Source: Perkinsus chesapeaki ATCC PRA-425
Taxonomy: Eukaryota > Protista > Perkinsozoa
Reading direction: 5' to 3'
Length of the DNA: 41,403 nt
Assembly: GCA_013115145.1 (NCBI GenBank)
Contig: JAAPAO010000303.1
Span: 1-41,403, forward strand
A model generated the notes under the pieces. That model was not told the origin of the DNA, made no database searches, and saw only the letters and a program-made list of their open reading frames with translations. This document shows, piece after piece, positions 34,318 to 41,403 of the stretch. The position numbers and the translations under genes were made by a program. Numbering within the stretch: position 1 is the first letter of the stretch; each line of letters begins with the position of its first letter.

Positions 34318-37300
34318 ATGTCACCACCACCATCACCGCCACCACCAACAACAACAACAAGAAGAACAACTGCTGTTGCTGCTGGTGTTGGTGGGACTAA
34401 TTGTGATAATAATAATGATGACATAATAGTATTACATTTACGTATTATATCAACTAATGATGTATATGAACTTGATAACTGGGCTAAAGCTAAAACTGCT
34501 ATTGATTATTATAGAGATAATGCACCTAATCCAAATAATACTATATTTATATTAGCTGGTGATTTCCTATCACCATCATTATTATCTAATATTGATAAAG
34601 GAGAATCAATGATTGATATAATGAATAATGTAATAATAATAATTGTAAATAGTATTTATTATTATTGATTAAATGTTATGATTATTAGTGTGGTGTTGAT
34701 TATGTATGCTTTGGTAATCATGAAGCAGATCTTAGTATGGATGAATTAAATAAAAGAATTGAGGTGAGAATAGAATTATGATAATATATATTATTATTAT
34801 AGGAATCTAATTTTATATGGATTAATACTAATATTCCTGATATGCCTCTATATAATAATAATAATAATAAGGTTAAATCACATGTTATACTAGATATAAC
34901 CAATAATAACAACAACACCAATACTAAATCATCACGATCATCATCATCATTAAAGGATAAGATAAGACAAGGAATGTTAGATAATAACGGGATTCTTATT
35001 AATTATAATATTTTAATAGGATTAATCCTAATAATTGCACTCATATTGACTGTAATGATGATGATGATGATGACGTATTATTTATTATTAAAAAAGTACA
35101 TTTACTTGGTTTATTAACTGATGATAAATCATTATATAAAGATGGCTCTTTTGGTGGTGCTAAAATTAAACCAGTTATAGGTACCACAATTGAATATATA
35201 AATAATATGATTAATAATAATGACCATGACCATGATGATGATGATGCTGATGTTGTTGTTAGTATTATACCCATTACTCATCAATCTATTAAATATGATA
35301 GGGAATTGGGTAAAATAATATTGCAAGATTACTATTATAACAAATCATGCAAAAATAATAATACAATAGTAATAGAAATACCATTAATAATTGGTGGACA
35401 TGATCATGATGCGTATGTTGAAGATATTAATAATGAGGTAGTGTTATTATAATAATACATATACGAATAGATATCCTATAAGTAGTCATCATCGTTATCG
35501 TTGTTATTGTTATTGTTATCAGATAAGAATAGCTAAAGCTGGATGTGATATTGAAAATATATTAATATTTGATTTATCATGGAAATACAATATTAATAAT
35601 AATATGATGATATTGGATGATATATTTGTTAATCTAGTATCAGTTAAAGATTTTGATCCAGATCCTAATATACAATTATTAGTAGAAAAACATAATAAAA
35701 AGTTAGATGATAATAATACTTATATTATACCGACATCATCATCATCAACATCATTAGAATATTCTAATTATTATAACCGATTACTACCAATAAGGTAATA
35801 ATAATAATAATTATTATTATTGTTATTGTTATAGATACTCGGTATTATGTGATAATGTCGATATTATAAGATTATTTAAATATAACCATAAAACATCTTG
35901 TACATCTGGTGGTAGTAGTAGTTGGTTATTTAATAATAATGATAATAATAATATATTATTATTATCATCCAAGAATATCAGATTACATCAAACAACAATA
36001 GGAACATTTATAGCTAGTTCTATCAGAAATGGTATGAGTATTTATAATATGATGATATTACTAGATAATAATAAATTAATCATACAAAACAGGAGCAGCG
36101 ACAATAACAGTTCATCAATTACCCATTCATCATCATCATCATCAAGTGGTGGTGTTGTTGATTGTTGTATATATCCATCTGGTGCTATACGTCGATGTTA
36201 TGTTTATAATAATAATAGTACATTTACATATAATGATCTAAAGTAATATTACTATATTATATATTTAACAGCCTTATTATTATTATGATGATGATAGGAG
36301 CGAAATACCATATAATGATGACGTTGTTATAATACCTATACCTGGTTTAATATTAAGAGATTCAGTTAAATATTCAAGAAGGAATTCTAAAGCTACTGGT
36401 GGATATTTTCAATTATGTGATGCTATACAAGTTGATAATAATGATCCATCAATGATAATATCTATTGCTAATAAACCATTATATTTACATAAATATTATC
36501 GGGTTGCATTACCTTTAGTAACCTTACAAGGTAGTAGTAGTATTAGTAATAATATTATTACTGTTGTATTATTACTATCATAATTATTAGTATTAGTATC
36601 AGTAGTATTATTATTAGGTTTGGATAATAATGAGATATTAACATCATGGTGGCAGCATGTCCAAGAACAAGGAGGAGAGGAATATAATATTGATAAAATG
36701 ATAAAGCTACCTGCTAAACCAGCTATCATTATATTGTAAGGATGTTACAAGGTTATTAATTAGATGAGAATATTATCATCAACGTATTTTCAACTTAATT
36801 TAGTTACTCTATCATTAGATGGGCCTCAATTAATCTATCACCTACTACTACATCATCCTCATCATCATCATCATCGTCGTCGCACAAGCATTCATCCTCC
36901 TCCTGCTCTTGTTATTGTTGTGATGATGATGATGATAACTGTATAGCTTTTATTAATGCACAATATTTAGCTAAAATAGCTAATATTGAATCAGTGAGGT
37001 CACATGTAATAAGAACAACACTATATTCTACTACTACTACTACTACTCACTATGATTCATACTCATTCACTATAAACATCGACGTCATCATCATCATTAT
37101 TATTATCACTTTCAGGCTTTTCATAACTTCCTGCTTGTTGGTGGACTTAATCCAATTCCTGTAATAAAAGAAGACATTAATAATGATAATAATAAGAAGA
37201 AAATGGATAATGATAAGAAGGAAATGGATAATGATAAGAAGGAAATGGATAATGATAAGAAGGAAATGGATAATGATAAGAAGGAAATGGATAATNNNNN

Positions 37301-37818
37301 NNNNNNNNNNNNNNNNNNNNNNNNNNNNNNNNNNNNNNNNNNNNNNNNNNNNNNNNNNNNNNNNNNNNNNNNNNNNNNNNNNNNNNNNNNNNNNTGATAA
37401 GAAGGAAATGGATAGTGATAAGAAGGAAATGGAAGAAGAGGCCAAAGATGATGATGATGATTTGAAATATAAGTGGTTTTTCAACGTTAGTGATACATTA
37501 AAAGCCAAGCGTCACGCACATTATTTTTTATCAAACTTGAAACAACAGCAACACAGAAAAAAGACTGAAGAAAGAAGAATAATAGAAGATAAAGATTTTG
37601 TCGTATACAGTGAAAATAAACACCTACACCGGAAAGAAACAGACAATGAAGAAAACCATAAGCATTCAACCACGATGATCAATAACAACTGCAACAATAA
37701 CTACCATTGTTGTTTAGTAGGCAATTCAGCAGTAGTATCTAGTAGTATTAATACTAGTAGTAGCAAAGTAGCAGTAGGGATCGATCGTAATGAATGGTCA
37801 TCTTATTTGATTATTTAA
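34318..37818 (+). CDS. 5'-nucleotidase/apyrase-family metallophosphoesterase, multi-exon, with long low-complexity C-terminal extension (3' exons tentative)
   Basis: LRIISTNDVYELDN..ILAGDFLSPSLLSNIDKGESMIDIMN|CGVDYVCFGNHEAD..WINTN..LGLLTDD..PITHQ..IIGGHDH..KAGCD..IGTFIASSIR..SGAIR..GGYFQ..YRVALP. In-phase joins continue to a (MDNDKKE)n exon ending at 37818. Confidence 0.8.
37203..37433. repeat. 21-bp coding tandem repeat (MDNDKKE) spanning gap 37296-37394
   Basis: atggataatgataagaaggaa repeated at least 5 times around the gap. Confidence 0.92.
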
Positions 37819-38173
37819 ATATATATTTAAACTAGTAATGCTGTTTTTGTTTTTGATAATACAGTTATACTACAACACATGTAATATATCTACTATTCTG
37901 TGTGTTTCCTGGAAACATAACAATATTATTATCGTTATTGTGTTATAACTATAATGCTAACTTTGGCTCATATGCTTATACCGATACTTACGGATTACCC
38001 ATCTATCATCACTTCAGTTATATATTTATCCCTTTCGTTATTTTACTCGATTTAATTTATTTATCCCTTTCTCAAAGAAAGGGATACAGTACCGGTCATC
38101 TAGAGAGGGAGAATCGATGGGCAGCCGTAGCTTCTTTAAAAATGAGAGTTTTGAGGTAATTTTTTCTCCTATA

Positions 38174-39040
38174 CAGTCCTAATATATATATCTACACGGT
38201 AGGATAGGACAGCGGTCCGTCAACTCAAAAAAAGGTAAACGTGAAAATCTGCACCCGGGATTCGGACCTGCGCATGGAAAGATTTGCCATTCGCGTCCAT
38301 ATCACACGACTTAGTAGACAGCATTAACACAAAAACGACCACTAGCGATAACATAACGGTAAATCCAAACAATCATGTCATCAACATTCAAATCAAGCCA
38401 AGAATCCACCGAGTCCCGTGCCACAACTGGTCACAGCGCCTCGGACGCCGCCGAGGATCTGCATTGGCGCGCTAAGAAGCTGGCTGACCCGTCAAGTACA
38501 AAAAGACGACGCTCTGAACGCCTGAAGTCTGCTAAGGAGGCGGTAGCTCCTAAGGATACCGATTCGGAGCATGAACACGGTTATCATACTCGGCTTAATC
38601 CTCTTACTCCCAGTCAGTTGCGAAGTGCGGGGGTTTCCAAGAAGAAGAGGACTCGATCGAAGACTAAGAAGTCGTCACTGACTCGCACCAAAGGCAGCCG
38701 TCGAGCTAGTGCGACAGAGAAACTCCGATCGGAAACCAGGAAGAAAGCTCAGGAGGAGAAAGTTGAGTCAGTACGGCAGCAGTTAGAGCAGGATAATCCC
38801 TTGGACGACATTTCATGGGACCTAAAAAAGCGGCTAAGTGTCTACTTTGCCTTGAGGCTATGCTATGTGATAGAGCCATGGCGTCCGAAGCACCAGGTCG
38901 AGGCCCAGGTTGCTGAGCTGATCGGCGTTACTAGCAACAGGCTTGGCGACTGGATCCGAGACTACGAATTAAACTTTGAGATCGCTGAGAGTAAGCGGGG
39001 CAAGCACACGAAAGCTTTCTCCCCTATGTACGACGAGTCC
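38174..39040 (+). mobile_element. Truncated DNA transposon, probably IS630/Tc1/mariner-like (N-terminal HTH only)
   Basis: ORF 38375-39112 contains VAELIGVTSNRLGDWIRDYE..SKRGKH.K.FSP.YDE, an HTH-like pattern I associate with protist/fungal ITm transposases. Possible left end TA|CAGT at 38172-38177. No DDE domain and no right TIR seen. Confidence 0.45.
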
Positions 39041-39462
39041 AATCTCCATTTGCAAATCCTTTCTATCATCAGGGACTACAATCTGAGAAATGACACAGCT
39101 ACCACGATTTGAATCGTCTAGTGCAACACTACCAACTCGACGAAGTAAGCCGTCTTGTACCACATAACCAAGAAAATCCGCAGAAGTTTTCTGACGTAGC
39201 TCATTAATTTGCGGGGAAACTCCTGAGCTATGCGAACAGAATTGAGCAACTCTTCATCCAGCACGATGTCAGAATTGTTTTTCCTGAGAATAGGTATGGC
39301 TCCCACAAATGAGACACATAGCTCTTCTTCGGTATCGTCACTGGTAACAAACTCATCAAAACAGTCTTCTTCTTCGCTGGTTCCTGAATATGTCGATACC
39401 ACAGATACTTTCTGAAGAACAGATCGCATATCATCACCATTCATACACATCAATGATGTGGG
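39030..39462 (-). mobile_element. Gypsy/LTR pol fragment (region just upstream of the integrase zinc-binding domain), frameshifted
   Basis: ..DEELLNSVRIAQ../..GYVVQDGLLRRVGS..SQIVVPDDRKDLQMEI resembles the AQ..D / Y...DGLL.R / +VVP...+ pattern preceding the integrase H2C2 motif. Confidence 0.5.
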
Positions 39463-39470
39463 ATTTCATC

Positions 39471-41403
39471 TAGGAGCGCTCAGTGCGCCTACAGGCGCGC
39501 GTTTGAGGGAGTGGAAATTCGTATGCGCGGAAATTTTCAGACCCGGTAGGCGCATGCACTGCGCGCCTCGTGTATCCCATGCGTCCTGCGCGCTTGGTGC
39601 GCGCGCGCTCCCTTTCCCCGAACGCATGAACAAGGGAAAATTAGAGCTGATTACCCATGCAAGTTTCGTAGTTGTGTTGAGATCAGCAGTTGAATCCCCA
39701 TGCCGATGAACGCTTTTGATGCCATGATGGGAGCTGCGAGGTCTAAGAGTAACGGCAAGGCTTCTGGAAGCTCAGGAAGCACTCAAGGAGGTGCCGTTTG
39801 TTCAAGTTCAAGTAGCTCCTTCCCATCAGTGGCTCCAACGGAGGATCCATACAACCCAAAGTGTGATGATGAGCCCAAGGCAAAGAAGAAGCGACTGCTG
39901 CCTGTGAAGCAGAGGTTTGACTGGATAGAAGAAGTCGCCGAGCAGGGAAGATCGTGTTACTACTGCAAAATATGCTCCAATGACGTGGTGCTTTTGAAGT
40001 GCCTCTCTGACAGCGGGACTCAGGAGTATTTCACAAATCTTGGAGTTGACAAAACTCAAGATCCTGGTCGTAAAGCTGAGGTTCACCAGGAAAGGGCTTC
40101 TCACAAAGCCGCTATCTGCAGAAGAGATGTCATTAGCGGTGTCAGACCGTCGGCCATCGAGGCTCTGACTAAGGCTGCTCTTCGTGACTTCCAACGGCAG
40201 AAGGCAGCCGACAGCTACTTCATTAAAGAATATATTAAATTGGCCCTATGGTGTGCTTCTCACGAAGTACCTAATACCACAATGTTCGAGCCTTTAATCG
40301 ATCTGATATCATCGAAGGATCACGCTATGCTCAAATGGGCCAAAGTCAGACCCGGAAATGCGACTTACAGGTCCAAAGCGACAGTAACAGAACTGGTTAG
40401 CCTATGCGCTGCTGTCTGTGACGACCGTGCCATCGGAAGACTCAAGCGGGGAGTTACGGCATTTGGAAAGTGGTCACTGATGTTGGACGAAACGTCCCTG
40501 TTCGGCCAAAGTATTATTGGTATTTATGCTCGCTATTTGAGTGCTGATAAAGGTATAGAGACGGCCGAGCTGGTCGAAGATCTGGTGGCTTGCTGCGCCA
40601 TAAGCAGCACTAAATCTGCCGCTATAGAACAGTGCTTGATCTCTGAGTTGCAATCCAGAGGGGTCGACGACGAGATGTGGAGCAAGCTCGCTGCTCTGAG
40701 TTGCGATGGGGCAGCGAGTATGAGCTCAGAGGGGCAGGGACTATTCGGTCGGCTCAAAGCTCGGCTTCAGCTTCCGTTCTTACAATTTCAGCACTGTCGG
40801 GCACATCGCACTAATCTTGCTGCCAAATCCATCCTTGCAACTGGAGACCACCCACTCGCAGAAGAAATCATAGTCCTCTCTCAGCAACTGTATGCATATA
40901 TGTCTAAATCGAATAAGAAGTTGGAATTGTTCAAGCAGGTATGAACTTTGTACTATATTACAACTGTTGTAAACTCATCAAATGGTCTTGGATTGCTATC
41001 TCGTCATTTTAGGTTCACAGAGAGGAGCCTGCCGAAGGGAACGGCAAGTTCGTGAAGCTGGTCGAGGCTGGCGGGACCCGCTGGCTATCGCATAACAACA
41101 GTCTCAAGCGGCTTCTCAGGGTCTACCCTAGAGTCGTCAAGTTGCTTTATCTCATATCAAATGACCAGGATTTCGACGTGAACGAGAGAGTTCTCGAGCA
41201 GAGTTCTTGCTCACACGGATGTTGACACGCTCAACGATCCAGGGACTGTGCATTTTGTCCGAGATTCTTTCAGAGCTCGCAAGGCTTACGAGAGCATTCC
41301 AGTCTGTCGATTGGACGCTCGACCGTGCAATTGACCTGACGACAACGGTGATTCAAAAACTCGAAGGTATGGCTGGAGACAACGACTTAGTTGATGGTAA
41401 CTC
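39471..41403 (+). mobile_element. hAT-superfamily DNA transposon (ZNF862/DUF4371-like transposase); 3' end outside the window
   Basis: Candidate left TIR TAGGAGCGCTCAGTGCGCC at 39471, followed by GCGC-rich subterminal sequence and the transposase ORF. Confidence 0.8.
39700..41403 (+). pseudogene. hAT transposase: exon 39700-40938, 74-nt intron 40939-41012, exon 2 from 41013 with a frameshift near 41190
   Basis: YYCKIC..H..SH zinc finger, NATYRS, SLMLDETS, SCDGAASM, HCRAHRTNLA (CxxH); after splicing, GTRWLSH. A frame change at GAGAGAG restores AEFLL..ILSEILSELARLTRAFQ. Confidence 0.88.

Noticed and set aside
37902-38159. 85-aa ORF at the right edge of the AT domain
   Set aside because: Starts at GTG, shows no motif or splice support, and probably represents intergenic transition sequence.
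8250-38170. AT domain as organellar (mitochondrial or plastid) DNA or bacterial contamination
   Set aside because: It encodes cytosolic eukaryotic ribosomal proteins, eIF3i and RFT1 with spliceosomal GT-AG introns.

Overview
Eukaryotic genomic DNA from an alveolate, most likely Perkinsus-like. This is inferred from the RPL12/RPL8 sequences, many 40-75 nt GT-AG introns and the TE types; it is not database-confirmed. The window has three sharply bounded blocks. (1) 1-~8250 (about 50% GC by eye) is a nest of retroelements: a nearly full APE-RT LINE broken only by four 1-nt indels, and an older LINE split by a deletion-derivative Ngaro-like tyrosine-recombinase retrotransposon (split direct repeats A1..B1-A2-B2, integrated at a TTTA core) and by a gag-like fragment. 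(2) ~8250-38170 is a TE-free, very AT-rich (roughly 20-30% GC by eye), microsatellite-rich, gene-dense domain with about 15 genes: RPL12, RPL8, EFSec, eIF3i, RIO1, RFT1, an AVT3/4-like amino acid transporter, a MUB/UBL3 protein, a 5'-nucleotidase, three putative secreted proteins and several low-complexity hypothetical genes. Divergent gene pairs share an AATCGAT(T/C)A motif, and many introns are fold-back (AAT)n..(TTA)n sequences. (3) ~38170-41403 (about 50% GC) holds a truncated Tc1/mariner-like ORF, a Gypsy pol fragment and an intron-containing hAT transposase that runs off the window. Exon models were built by hand. GC values are visual estimates.
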